Part shown: piece by piece, positions 10,279 through 19,693 of the stretch
Layout: each line of letters opens with the position of its first letter
How positions within the stretch are numbered: position 1 is the stretch's first letter
Assembly (NCBI GenBank): GCA_036677375.1
Contig: JAVBWO010000024.1
Span: forward strand, 61,034 to 125,033
Reading direction: 5' to 3'
Source of the DNA: Bacillota bacterium
GTDB taxonomy: Bacteria > Bacillota > Dehalobacteriia > UBA4068 > UBA4997
DNA length: 64,000 nucleotides
Position numbers and translations under genes: made by a program
The notes under the pieces: model-generated
Databases searched by the model: none
What the model was told of the DNA's origin: nothing
Seen by the model: the letters and a program-made list of their open reading frames with translations, nothing else

Positions 10279-11889
10279 ATGGTCAGAAGATCTCTGTGCT
10301 CTATGCCTATCGTCCTTTATCTTATGCCTGCCCTCTCAGGCCTTTTGATGGCGATGGCTTTCACCTGGAATAAGACGGCCTTTTTGGCGTGGCTTGCTTT
10401 GCTGCCTTTTTTTTATGTGTTATTCCGGCAGGATTTGAGCTCTCGGTCGGGACTTGTGTCCGGCATCCTCTATGGCATGAGCTTTTATCTTGTTTTACTG
10501 CAATGGCTCTACGAAATGCTGCCTTTGGATTGGGCCGGATTCAGCCCTGTCGGCAGCTTTTTGCTGATGACCACCGCTTGGCTTTTGGTCTGTATGCTGG
10601 AAACCGTCGGCTTTGCTTTTTTGGGTTTTCTGATGGGGACCTTTGCCGCAGAATCCAAGTGGAAGAAGCTTCTCTTATTGACAACTTTATGGCTTCTGGT
10701 GGAATGGCTGCAAAGCCTGGGGCAGCTTACAGGCTTTACCTGGGGCAGGGTTGCCATTTCACAGTATGCTTATACGCCTTTGATTCAAAGCGCGTCATTA
10801 TTTGGTTCCTTGGGACTTTCCGGCCTTATGGTATTCTTCCAGGGCTTGCTCCTTTGCTTTTTTCTGTCGCCTGGAAGAAGGAAACGGCTTTGGCTGTTCT
10901 CTGCGCTTCTTCTGTTTTTGGGGAATTTTTCTTATGGATTTTACTCTCTGCAAAAACCGCCGGAGGCAAGCTCATCTTTTACTGCGGCTGTTGTGCAGGG
11001 TAACTACAGCTCTAGTCAAAAATATGCCGAGGGGTCCGAACAGGAAATTTTTGCCGAATATGAGAAGCTGAGCCGGGAGGTCGTCGCAGAAGAAGAGGGG
11101 GCGCCGGTGGATCTCGTCATCTGGCCGGAAACCGCCCTTTCCGTTGCCATAACAGAAGACATCACAGACAAGACCCGGCAAAGATGGATCGGCCTGGCGG
11201 CAGAATTGCATACGGACTTCCTCATGGGCGCCTCTCTCGAGAAAGGCCCAAACCAGCAAAATGTCCTGATCTATACAAGTCAGTCGGGCAGAAGCGATAT
11301 CGTTTATGCCAAAAGACACTTGATGCCTTTCGGGGAATACCTGCCTCTCAGAAGCTTCATTTCCCGCTTTATTGATTTTAGCCAGGCCATTCCCAAAGAT
11401 ACTCTGCCCGGTACGGATCATGGGATTTTTCAGTTGCCGCAAGGCGAAATGGCCGGTCTGATCTGTTTCGATTGCATTTTTCCGCAACTGGCCAGGAAAT
11501 CAGTACTGGCGGGAGCGGAAATCCTTGTTTTACCCACCAATGATTCCTGGTTTCGGGATTCTGTGGCTTTGTACCAGCACAACGGACAAGCGGTATTCCG
11601 CGCGGTGGAAAATGCCAAAACACTCCTGCGAGCCGCCAATGCCGGCGTCTCTTCCATCATTGATGAGAAAGGCCGCATCCTTTGCCATTTGCAGCCCGGC
11701 CAATCAGGCTTCCTCATAGAAAAGGTTGTACTGAACGATAAAATAACACTGTATGACAGGATTGGCGATCTTCCAGGCTGGCTGGCTCTGGCTTATGTGC
11801 TTTTTGCCGTTTTCCCACTGCTACGCCGGAGGAATGGCTTTCATCAGGAGCATCATTTATCTTTTCTACCTTTTCGGAGATTCTTTTAA
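10279..11889 (+). CDS. lnt: apolipoprotein N-acyltransferase Lnt
   Basis: Multi-TM N-terminal half plus a CN-hydrolase domain, with WPETA (Glu), KRHLMPFGEY (Lys) and LICFDCIFP (Cys) contexts. Confidence 0.85.
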   Translation: MVRRSLCSMPIVLYLMPALSGLLMAMAFTWNKTAFLAWLALLPFFYVLFRQDLSSRSGLVSGILYGMSFYLVLLQWLYEMLPLDWAGFSPVGSFLLMTTAWLLVCMLETVGFAFLGFLMGTFAAESKWKKLLLLTTLWLLVEWLQSLGQLTGFTWGRVAISQYAYTPLIQSASLFGSLGLSGLMVFFQGLLLCFFLSPGRRKRLWLFSALLLFLGNFSYGFYSLQKPPEASSSFTAAVVQGNYSSSQKYAEGSEQEIFAEYEKLSREVVAEEEGAPVDLVIWPETALSVAITEDITDKTRQRWIGLAAELHTDFLMGASLEKGPNQQNVLIYTSQSGRSDIVYAKRHLMPFGEYLPLRSFISRFIDFSQAIPKDTLPGTDHGIFQLPQGEMAGLICFDCIFPQLARKSVLAGAEILVLPTNDSWFRDSVALYQHNGQAVFRAVENAKTLLRAANAGVSSIIDEKGRILCHLQPGQSGFLIEKVVLNDKITLYDRIGDLPGWLALAYVLFAVFPLLRRRNGFHQEHHLSFLPFRRFF

Positions 11890-11960
11890 ACTTCGGAGAT
11901 TCTTTTAAACTTCGGAGATTCTTTTAAACTTCGGAAATTCTTTTAAACTTCGGAAATCTT
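11872..11960. repeat. 19-bp tandem repeat, 4 full copies plus 1 partial (cttcggagattcttttaaa)
   Basis: Read directly. The first copy supplies the last lnt codons and its TAA stop. Confidence 0.95.
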
Positions 11961-12084
11961 GTTTAGGACCTTCTGGAAATGTATTGGCCGGTTTTGCTTT
12001 TCCTGTTGCTGAAAGTTTCTTTTAGGGGATACAGGCACCACTTTTTTTCGCCGCAATATAATAAGGCGGAAGGGGGTATGCCGT

Positions 12085-13086
12085 TTGGAAATCAAAATAA
12101 AGCTTAGTGGCCCGGAAAAGCAGCCCTTGCATCAACCGGAGCCGATCCCATCCATGCTGATGACGCCCAAAGAAGTGGCCAAAGCGGCCGCTGAAGAGCA
12201 CAATACCGCTCTGGCAGCTATTTATCAGGATTTGGAGAAACTCATCGGCTTACAGCAGGTTAAAAATACCATCTATGAAATACAGGCTTTTGTGGAAATT
12301 CAAAAAAGGCGGCAGGCGGCTGGTTTAAAAAAAGAATCCACCGTACTGCATGCCATCTTTAAGGGCAATCCCGGCACCGGGAAAACTACCATCGCCAGGC
12401 TGATGGCAAAGCTCTTAAAGGAAATGGGCGTTTTGGACAAAGGACAGATGATTGAAGTGGAAAGGGCTGACCTGGTAGGGGAATATATCGGTCATACCGC
12501 TAAAAAAGTAAAGGAAAAAGTGGACCGAGCTCAAGGTGGCGTTCTCTTCATTGACGAAGCCTATTCCCTGGCCAGAGGCGGTGAAAAGGATTTTGGCAGG
12601 GAAGCCATTGACGTTTTGGTTAAGGCCATGGAAGATAAGCGCTACAATTTCGTTTTGATCCTGGCGGGCTACAAGGATGAAATGGCTTGGTTTTTACGGA
12701 CCAACCCCGGCCTTACTTCCCGGTTCCCACTGCATATCACTTTTCCGGATTATTCTTTGGAGGAATTGCTGGAAATCGCCGAGCTGATGTACCGGGAACG
12801 TCAATATATTCTGGAGCCCGATACAAAGATCTTATTAAGCAAATACCTGTCGGAGACCGTAAAAAAATATCCCCAGCATCATGGCAATGCGCGCCTGGTG
12901 CGTAACATTATGGAAGCTTCCCTGCGCCGGCAGGCGGTTCGCCTTTTAAGCAGTGGAGAAGCCGGCAAAGAAGCCTTGATGTCTATCACGCCTTTTGATA
13001 TTGCGGTAGAAATGGATAAAATCATCTCGGCTCCCGCCAAAGCAGAACCATGGGAAAAATGTGTGCCCCTTTTTGCGGAACGCTGA
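12085..13086 (+). CDS. spoVK: SpoVK/CbbX-type AAA+ ATPase (stage V sporulation protein K-like)
   Basis: Walker A GNPGTGKTT, Walker B VLFIDEAYSL and SpoVK-like length and architecture. A TTG start is assumed. Confidence 0.75.
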   Translation: MEIKIKLSGPEKQPLHQPEPIPSMLMTPKEVAKAAAEEHNTALAAIYQDLEKLIGLQQVKNTIYEIQAFVEIQKRRQAAGLKKESTVLHAIFKGNPGTGKTTIARLMAKLLKEMGVLDKGQMIEVERADLVGEYIGHTAKKVKEKVDRAQGGVLFIDEAYSLARGGEKDFGREAIDVLVKAMEDKRYNFVLILAGYKDEMAWFLRTNPGLTSRFPLHITFPDYSLEELLEIAELMYRERQYILEPDTKILLSKYLSETVKKYPQHHGNARLVRNIMEASLRRQAVRLLSSGEAGKEALMSITPFDIAVEMDKIISAPAKAEPWEKCVPLFAER

Positions 13087-13242
13087 CCATTTATCTCAAT
13101 TTCATCTCATCTATTTCATTGGAATAGCGTAATGGAAAATAGAAAAATGAATAAGTATTAGATAAAAGAAAGCGCTGCTGTGTCTGAACAGCACCCCAAT
13201 TGTTAGACAGTATGGTATACTGAAAACGATTGGGGTGTTTTT

Positions 13243-13587
13243 ATGCCAAAAGGAGTACCGAACAAAAGATACACAGCAGAGTATAAGCAAAAGGTAGTTG
13301 AAACGATGCTCGGGGAAGAGATGAGCCACAAGGAAGCCGAACGCCAATTCGGGCTACCACATAACCGGGCGGCAGCATGGGAGCGCATCTATCTGACTGA
13401 AGGTCCGCAAGGCTTTAAAATTGAACGGCGGGGACGCGGCAACAAGGGACGTCCAGCGAAATTGTCGAAAGAGGCAGAAGAAGATTTACTGGCAGAAGTG
13501 CAGCGTCTTCGTGCAGAGAATGCGTACCTAAAAAACTTGCAAGCCTTGGTTTTGGAAGACGAGCGATGCCAGCACAAAAAACGCTGA
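13243..13587 (+). CDS. IS3-family transposase OrfA (HTH plus leucine-zipper part)
   Basis: YTAEYKQKVV HTH-type N-terminus and an LRAENAYLKNL coiled coil. Ends just after an A6 run (13576-13581). Confidence 0.9.
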   Translation: MPKGVPNKRYTAEYKQKVVETMLGEEMSHKEAERQFGLPHNRAAAWERIYLTEGPQGFKIERRGRGNKGRPAKLSKEAEEDLLAEVQRLRAENAYLKNLQALVLEDERCQHKKR

Positions 13588-14429
13588 TAATTCGGAAACT
13601 AAGGCAAATATATTCTTTGGACATTCTTCTTTCAGTCGCTCAACTTCCACGTTCGACCTACTACTACCACGCAAAACGGCAGTCTGAACCGGATAAATAT
13701 CGAGAGATAAAAGATGCTATTGCCGCTGTTTACCACGAAAACAAGGGGCGTTACGGTTACCGCCGCATTACAGCCCAACTGCACAGTCGTGGCTGTGTTA
13801 TCAATCACAAGACGGTGCAGCGGCTGATGAAAGAACTTGGTATCACCTGCCGGGTTAGAATGAGAAAGTACAAGTCTTACAAGGGTGAAGTGGGCAAAGT
13901 CGCCCCGAATCTGCTTGAACGCAACTTTGAAGCGGAAAGGCCAAACCAGAAGTGGGTGACTGATGTCACCGAATTCAGCCTGTTCGGGCAAAAGCTCTAT
14001 CTGTCGCCGATTCTCGATCTGTGCAGCCGGGACATCGTGAGTTACTTGATCTCGGACAGGCCGGTGCTTTCCATGGTAACCCAGATGCTGGACAAGGCTT
14101 TTGCAAAGATACCTGATGGGACGAATCTCATCCTCCATTCCGACCAGGGCTGGCAGTACCAGCACAAGCAGTACCAGAGAATACTTCGTAAGAAGGGCAT
14201 CCGGCAGAGCATGAGCCGCAAAGGCAACTGTCTGGACAATGCCGTGATTGAAAACTTCTTCGGTCTGCTCAAGAGCGAATTGCTCTACTTGCAGAAGTTT
14301 GACTCAATGGAACATTTCAAAAATGAACTCGCTGATTATATCGACTATTACAATAACCGCCGTTCCAAAGCAAAGCTAAAGGGCTTACCACCTGCAATTC
14401 ACAGACAGCAAACCCTTTCGGCTGCTTAA
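13566..14429 (+). CDS. IS3-family transposase OrfB (DDE integrase core), probably made as an OrfAB fusion by -1 frameshift
   Basis: DDE context: WVTDVTEF, LHSDQGWQY and NAVIENFFGLLKSE. The frame is -1 relative to orfA, with the overlap at the A6 run. Confidence 0.9.
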   Translation: MPAQKTLIIRKLRQIYSLDILLSVAQLPRSTYYYHAKRQSEPDKYREIKDAIAAVYHENKGRYGYRRITAQLHSRGCVINHKTVQRLMKELGITCRVRMRKYKSYKGEVGKVAPNLLERNFEAERPNQKWVTDVTEFSLFGQKLYLSPILDLCSRDIVSYLISDRPVLSMVTQMLDKAFAKIPDGTNLILHSDQGWQYQHKQYQRILRKKGIRQSMSRKGNCLDNAVIENFFGLLKSELLYLQKFDSMEHFKNELADYIDYYNNRRSKAKLKGLPPAIHRQQTLSAA

Positions 14430-14680
14430 TTAAAATATTTGTCTAACTTTTGGGGGTCACTTCAGTCACGGCAGCGCTTTTTGGTATGTTTTTAAGAATT
14501 CGCACAACGATCCAAGCTGCCTTTATTCGTTTTGAATCGGTTACTGCCAGTATTACAAGAAAACGGCGCAAATAACCTCGTTTGCACAAAAACATCACAC
14601 AGCGTTCAATTGGCTAACAAATTCTTCCAATATACTCACTTTAGATTAAAAATGAATCATCAGTTATGGAGGTTACTGTA

Positions 14681-16456
14681 ATGAAAAAACCAGAAAACCC
14701 GGATATGCCAAAAAACCCCAAGATACCCAAAGTACCGAAAAAGAAATTATTGATAGGAGGAGGCATCCTTGTTGTGGTATTGGCAGCCGCTATTTTCGGG
14801 TACAGAATGCTTACAAACTCGTCAAGCGATACCGCCATCATGACCTCTAAGGTAACCAAAGGGGATATTTCTTTGACCATCACGGGCTCCGGGACCTTAG
14901 AACCTGTGGAAAGCTATGACGTGGTTTCTTTGGTAGAAGGAGATATTTTAGCGGATTATATCACGGAAGGACAAACCGTTGAAAAAGGGGATACCCTCTA
15001 CGAGATCAGCCATGACGATATGTCCAGCAGTATTTCAAAGGGTCTGTTGAGCGTGGAAAAAGCCCAGCTTTCTTACCAGGAATCTTTAGATACAATTAAG
15101 GAACTTTCTGTTAAAGCTCCCATCAGCGGCACCATTGAAAACCTATATGTCGAAGAAGGCGATGATGTCGCATCAGGCGCTCAAATCGCGGATATCATCA
15201 ATGATGATGATGGCGTTGTTACCGTTGAGTTCCCTAAAGCCGCTGCCGATGAGCTTTACATAGGAGAAGCTGCTTCCGTGCTTTTGGAAGACTGCTTTGA
15301 CACCGTTCCCGGCACCGTTACCAGAATCGCCTCAGGCTCCAGAAACGTTGACGACTATATCAGGGTAACCGATGTGGAAATCACTTTAGACGACCCGGGC
15401 AATATCGCAGACGGTCAAAGCTGCATCATTACGGTGGGTAGTTATACCTCTCCTTATTCCGGTACTTTCGCCTATGGCGAAGCAAAAACCGTAGTTGCGT
15501 CCTCCTCCGGTACCATCAGTAATTTAAATTTAGAAACCGGGGACTCGGTCAATAAGGGTGAAATCATTGCCAAGATTTCCAGTGATTCCGCCCAATCATC
15601 CGCTAAAAACAGTAAAATGAGCTTGGAAGAAGCCAAGCTTTCTCTGGAAAACCTGTATGACCAACTGGACAAATATACGATTACTTCTCCGATTGCCGGC
15701 ACGGTGATCGAAAAGACCTCCAAAGCCGGCGATACGTTGGACGGTGATCAATCTACCGTGATGGCAGTCATTGCCGATATGTCTAAAATGGTCTTTACCA
15801 TCGATGTAGATGAACTGGATATTACCTCAATCTCCACAGGCCAGGAAGTAGAAATCACGGCGGACGCCCAGCCTAACCAAACCTATACCGGTTATGTCAA
15901 TAATATTAGCGCCATCGGCACCACCAGCGACGGCGTTACGACCTATCCGGTGGAAGTCGTGATTGAGGATTATGACGGACTGATTTCCGGTATGAACGTC
16001 AATGCTTCCATCGTCGTGAATGAAAGCGAAGACACCTTGCTGGTTCCAGTAGCCGCTTTAAGCCGGGGCAACTGGATAGCGGTGAAAGACAGCTCTCTCA
16101 GTGAAAGTACCGGCACCTCTGGTACTGCCGCTACTATGGATATGACAACGGCGGACACGTCAACTGCCAAAACCGCGAAGAGCAAACCATCCGGCAAAGT
16201 TTCCGCGACTCCCGAAGCACCGGACGGCTTTACCTATGTTCAGGTTGAAACAGGTTTGAGCAATGACGACTATGTTGAAATCTTAAGTGGTTTAGAGGAA
16301 GGGCAGGAAGTCCTCCTGACCCAGACGGCAACCACGACAAGTACTACTACCAACATGGGCGGCATGGGTGCTATGACCATGACAAATGGCGGCGGACCAT
16401 CAGGCGGCGGCGCACCGCCTGATGGCGGCGGCAGACCTGGCGGCGGTGGGCAGTAA
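14681..16456 (+). CDS. HlyD/MacA-type efflux periplasmic adaptor with Gly/Pro-rich C-terminal tail
   Basis: N-terminal membrane anchor, a lipoyl/barrel-sandwich repeat pattern (GDTLYEI ... ITSPIAGTV) and a position upstream of MacB-type ABC genes. ATG 14681 follows GGAGG. Confidence 0.8.
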   Translation: MKKPENPDMPKNPKIPKVPKKKLLIGGGILVVVLAAAIFGYRMLTNSSSDTAIMTSKVTKGDISLTITGSGTLEPVESYDVVSLVEGDILADYITEGQTVEKGDTLYEISHDDMSSSISKGLLSVEKAQLSYQESLDTIKELSVKAPISGTIENLYVEEGDDVASGAQIADIINDDDGVVTVEFPKAAADELYIGEAASVLLEDCFDTVPGTVTRIASGSRNVDDYIRVTDVEITLDDPGNIADGQSCIITVGSYTSPYSGTFAYGEAKTVVASSSGTISNLNLETGDSVNKGEIIAKISSDSAQSSAKNSKMSLEEAKLSLENLYDQLDKYTITSPIAGTVIEKTSKAGDTLDGDQSTVMAVIADMSKMVFTIDVDELDITSISTGQEVEITADAQPNQTYTGYVNNISAIGTTSDGVTTYPVEVVIEDYDGLISGMNVNASIVVNESEDTLLVPVAALSRGNWIAVKDSSLSESTGTSGTAATMDMTTADTSTAKTAKSKPSGKVSATPEAPDGFTYVQVETGLSNDDYVEILSGLEEGQEVLLTQTATTTSTTTNMGGMGAMTMTNGGGPSGGGAPPDGGGRPGGGGQ

Positions 16457-16473
16457 GCCTGAGAGGAGACACC

Positions 16474-17166
16474 ATGATCGATCTGAAAGAAGTATATAAA
16501 ATCTATTTTGAAGGCCAGGAAAATGAGGTGCGCGCCTTAAACGGCATCAATCTTCACATTGATGCTAAGGAATTTGTCGCCATCGTCGGGCAATCCGGCT
16601 CCGGCAAATCCACTTGTATGAATATTATCGGCTGTCTGGATGTACCAACCAAAGGGGAATACATCATCAACGACATCAACGTAGCTCACTTCAGCGAAGA
16701 TGAGCTGGCCGTTCTCCGCAACAAAACCTTAGGATTCATTTTTCAGCAATATAACCTGATCGGCAAACTAAATGTCTTGGAGAATGTGGAGTTGCCATTG
16801 ATCTACGGAGGTTATTCTGCCAAAGAACGGCGGGAAAGGGCAATGGAAGCCTTAGAGCGGGTGGCACTTTCCAACCGTATTGATCATTTCCCCAATGAAC
16901 TTTCCGGCGGTCAGCAGCAGCGCGTCTCTATTGCCAGGGCATTAGCGACAAAACCACAGGTCATGCTGGCTGACGAACCCACCGGGGCTTTGGATTCCAA
17001 AACCGGTTTAGAGATTCTCTGCCTGCTTCAGCAATTGAATAAAGAAGGCTGTACCATTGTATTGATCACCCACGATAACCACATTGCTTCCTACGCCCAG
17101 CGCACCGTTTGCCTGCAGGATGGCAATATCATCTCCGATAGCGGGAAAGGGGGCAACCCCAATTGA
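16474..17166 (+). CDS. ABC transporter ATP-binding protein (MacB/LolD type)
   Basis: Walker A GQSGSGKST, signature LSGGQQQR and Walker B MLADEPT. Confidence 0.9.
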   Translation: MIDLKEVYKIYFEGQENEVRALNGINLHIDAKEFVAIVGQSGSGKSTCMNIIGCLDVPTKGEYIINDINVAHFSEDELAVLRNKTLGFIFQQYNLIGKLNVLENVELPLIYGGYSAKERRERAMEALERVALSNRIDHFPNELSGGQQQRVSIARALATKPQVMLADEPTGALDSKTGLEILCLLQQLNKEGCTIVLITHDNHIASYAQRTVCLQDGNIISDSGKGGNPN

Positions 17167-18344
17167 ATGTAAAGCAAGCCTTCCAGATGGCTGTTAAAAG
17201 TCTCCTAAGCAGTAAAATGCGGTCATTTTTAACCATGTTGGGCATCATCATCGGGGTTGCCTCCGTGATTATTTTGGTCAGCTTGATCAACGGGATGTCC
17301 AATGAAATTACTGCACAATTTGAGAGCATGGGTACCAATCTGCTCAGCGTCAATTTAATGGGCAGAGGCGGCGGCAGTAACCGCAGCGCGGGGATTAGTA
17401 CCATGGAGGACTTGGTGACGGATAACCCGGAATATCTCAGCGCCATGTCACCCACTGTTTCCGTGGGCAACGCCACTGTCAAATATGATACTTATAGCGT
17501 AACCACAAGCTGTACAGGGGTAAGCGAAACTTATGGCGGTATCCGCAATTATGAGGTGGAGACCGGTAGGTTCATCGCCTATACCGATGTAGAAAACCGG
17601 CGCAAGGTCTGCATCTTGGGAACTTATGAAGTGGAGGAACTTTTCGGCAACGAAAACCCGCTGGGCCAAGAGATTAAAATCAACGGAGAGTCATTTACCG
17701 TCATTGGCGTTTTGCCGGAAAAAGCTGATAGCACAGAGAGCAGTGACGACGATATCGTTCTGATGCCCTATACCACAGCCATGCGGCTGGGCAGATCCAG
17801 GATCACCAGCTATGTTTTTTCGGCAGCTACTAGTGATAATGTGGATCAGGCAAAAACTGTTATCGAAAATGCGCTTTATGAAATATACCAAAGCGATGAT
17901 TCCTATATGGTTATGAGCCAGGCGGAAATGCTGGAACAGATGAACGAACTTACCAGCACCATGGCACTGATCCTGGTTGGGATTGCCGGGATTTCCCTTT
18001 TGGTCGGCGGTATCGGTATTATGAATATCATGCTGGTGACGGTGACGGAACGGATCAGGGAAATCGGTATTCGGAAATCTTTAGGTGCCAGAAGACGCGA
18101 TATTTTAGGACAATTCTTAATCGAATCGTCTACTACAAGCGCCTTGGGAGGTGTTTTTGGAATTATCGTAGGCATCGTAGCGGCTTATGGCATGGGTGCG
18201 CTGTTTGATTTAAGCATTGCCATCTCGGCATTGGCCATTATCATTGCCTTCAGCGTTTCAGTCATGATCGGCATCATTTTTGGCTATCTGCCGGCCAATA
18301 AAGCCGCTAAACTGCATCCCATTGACGCGCTACGTTACGAATAA
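17163..18344 (+). CDS. ABC transporter permease (FtsX/MacB-like)
   Basis: N-terminal TM segment, a large extracytoplasmic domain and a C-terminal FtsX-like 3-TM bundle (ERIREIGIRKSLGA). TTGA start/stop overlap with the ATPase gene. Confidence 0.85.
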   Translation: MNVKQAFQMAVKSLLSSKMRSFLTMLGIIIGVASVIILVSLINGMSNEITAQFESMGTNLLSVNLMGRGGGSNRSAGISTMEDLVTDNPEYLSAMSPTVSVGNATVKYDTYSVTTSCTGVSETYGGIRNYEVETGRFIAYTDVENRRKVCILGTYEVEELFGNENPLGQEIKINGESFTVIGVLPEKADSTESSDDDIVLMPYTTAMRLGRSRITSYVFSAATSDNVDQAKTVIENALYEIYQSDDSYMVMSQAEMLEQMNELTSTMALILVGIAGISLLVGGIGIMNIMLVTVTERIREIGIRKSLGARRRDILGQFLIESSTTSALGGVFGIIVGIVAAYGMGALFDLSIAISALAIIIAFSVSVMIGIIFGYLPANKAAKLHPIDALRYE

Positions 18345-18370
18345 GCATTGATATAACAGCGAAATCGAAA

Positions 18371-18404
18371 AAAGGCAAGGGAAGAACTCCTTTGCCTTTT
18401 TTTG
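18371..18404 (+). terminator. rho-independent terminator of the efflux operon
   Basis: aaaggcaagg ... cctttgcc hairpin followed by T7. Confidence 0.6.
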
Positions 18405-18460
18405 TGGACAAAAATAGGGTATAATTAAGGAAGAATATTTATAAAAAGAAAGGTATTACC

Positions 18461-19693
18461 ATGAATCTGGAAAAAGCAATCAAACAAGCAAATGAAATCA
18501 TGGAAGAGTGGGGGAAGAAACGTAGCCCCCTGGAAGAAGCCAATATGGAGCGGGTCTTGGCCGCTTTCAGCCGACACCGGGTCGGCGCACACCATTTGGG
18601 AGCCGCCACGGGATACGGCTATAATGATACGGGACGCGATACCTTGGAAGCGGTCTGGGCCGATATTTTCGGGGCCGAAGCCGCTTTGGTACGACAAAAC
18701 ATTGCCACGGGCACTCAAGCCATCTATTTGGCTCTTGCCGGCAATCTGATGCCGGGGGACGAGCTTTTAACCATCGGCAAGCCTTATGATACCTTAGAAA
18801 AAATTATTGGATACAAAACAGTAACGCCCTGCTCCTTAAAGGAAGCAGGAGTTCTTTACCGGGAAATCGCTATTGACTACGAAAATCCGGATATTGACAG
18901 TATCATTGCCGCTATACGACCAAAAACCAAGGTCATTTCCCTACAGCGCTCCAAGGGCTATGAATGGCGCGCTTCTTTGACCATGGATAAAATGTCCGCT
19001 ATCATCGGTGCAATCAAAAAAGCAGCGCCACGGGTCATCGTTTTCGTCGACAACTGCTACGGAGAATTCGTAGAGGCCTCGGAACCCACCGCCCTGGGAG
19101 CCGACTTGATTGCCGGTTCCTTGATCAAAAACCCCGGCGGCGGCATTGCGCCTGGCGGCGGCTATGTGGCCGGCAAAGGAGAATTGGTGGAACGAGCCGC
19201 TATGCGCTTGACGACTCCAGGCGCCGGCAGGGAAGTAGGGCCAAGCCTTTTGGATAATCGCCTTTATTACCAGGGTTTATTCTTAGCAAATGGGGCGGTG
19301 GGGGAGGCACTGCGGTCTGCAGTTTTTGCCGGCGCTCTCTTTTCCGCACTGGGTTATTCAGTCTTACCCATGCCTATGGAAGAGCGTACGGATATCATCC
19401 AGGCCATTCAGCTGGGTAGTGCTGAAAAATTACTGGCGTTTTGCCGTTGTATCCAAAAATTTGCGCCCATTGATTCCTATGTAACACCGGAGCCTTGGGA
19501 TATGCCAGGCTATGACAGGCCTATTATTATGGCAGCCGGAGCCTTTGTACAAGGGGCTTCCATCGAATTATCAGCGGACGCTCCCGTGGTGGAACCTTAT
19601 AATGTATACCTGCAAGGAGGCCTGAGCCGCTATCATGGTAAAATCGCCGTTACATCTACAGCAAAATACCTGGCGAAACAAGGGCTTCTTTAA
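18461..19693 (+). CDS. YnbB-like PLP-dependent enzyme (methionine gamma-lyase family, so-called aluminium resistance protein)
   Basis: The GYGYNDTGRDTLEAVWADIFGAEAALVRQNIATGTQAI block is characteristic of this family. Confidence 0.75.
   Translation: MNLEKAIKQANEIMEEWGKKRSPLEEANMERVLAAFSRHRVGAHHLGAATGYGYNDTGRDTLEAVWADIFGAEAALVRQNIATGTQAIYLALAGNLMPGDELLTIGKPYDTLEKIIGYKTVTPCSLKEAGVLYREIAIDYENPDIDSIIAAIRPKTKVISLQRSKGYEWRASLTMDKMSAIIGAIKKAAPRVIVFVDNCYGEFVEASEPTALGADLIAGSLIKNPGGGIAPGGGYVAGKGELVERAAMRLTTPGAGREVGPSLLDNRLYYQGLFLANGAVGEALRSAVFAGALFSALGYSVLPMPMEERTDIIQAIQLGSAEKLLAFCRCIQKFAPIDSYVTPEPWDMPGYDRPIIMAAGAFVQGASIELSADAPVVEPYNVYLQGGLSRYHGKIAVTSTAKYLAKQGLL

Larger units (their letters stand above)
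13185..14464 (+). mobile_element. IS3-family insertion sequence (IS150-group-like), 1280 bp
   Basis: IRL is TGAACAGCACCCCAATTGTTAGACA and IRR (reverse complement) is TGAAGTGACCCCCAAAAGTTAGACA. Flanked by a GTC/GTC 3-bp direct repeat. orfA and orfB overlap in the -1 frame. Confidence 0.9.

Noticed and set aside
9871-10279. Search for a degenerate hfq or other gene after miaA (including the 75-aa ORF at 10026-10253)
   Set aside because: No frame shows the Sm-like Hfq pattern. The 75-aa ORF is low complexity, AT-rich and lacks an RBS.
11872-11960. Possible CRISPR array (regular short repeats)
   Set aside because: The units are directly abutting 19-bp copies with no spacers, and no cas genes are nearby. 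It is a simple tandem repeat.
13111-13388. Minus-strand ORFs (78 and 61 aa) crossing the left IS boundary
   Set aside because: They span the IS inverted repeat and the antisense of orfA, so they are chimeric frames with no signals.
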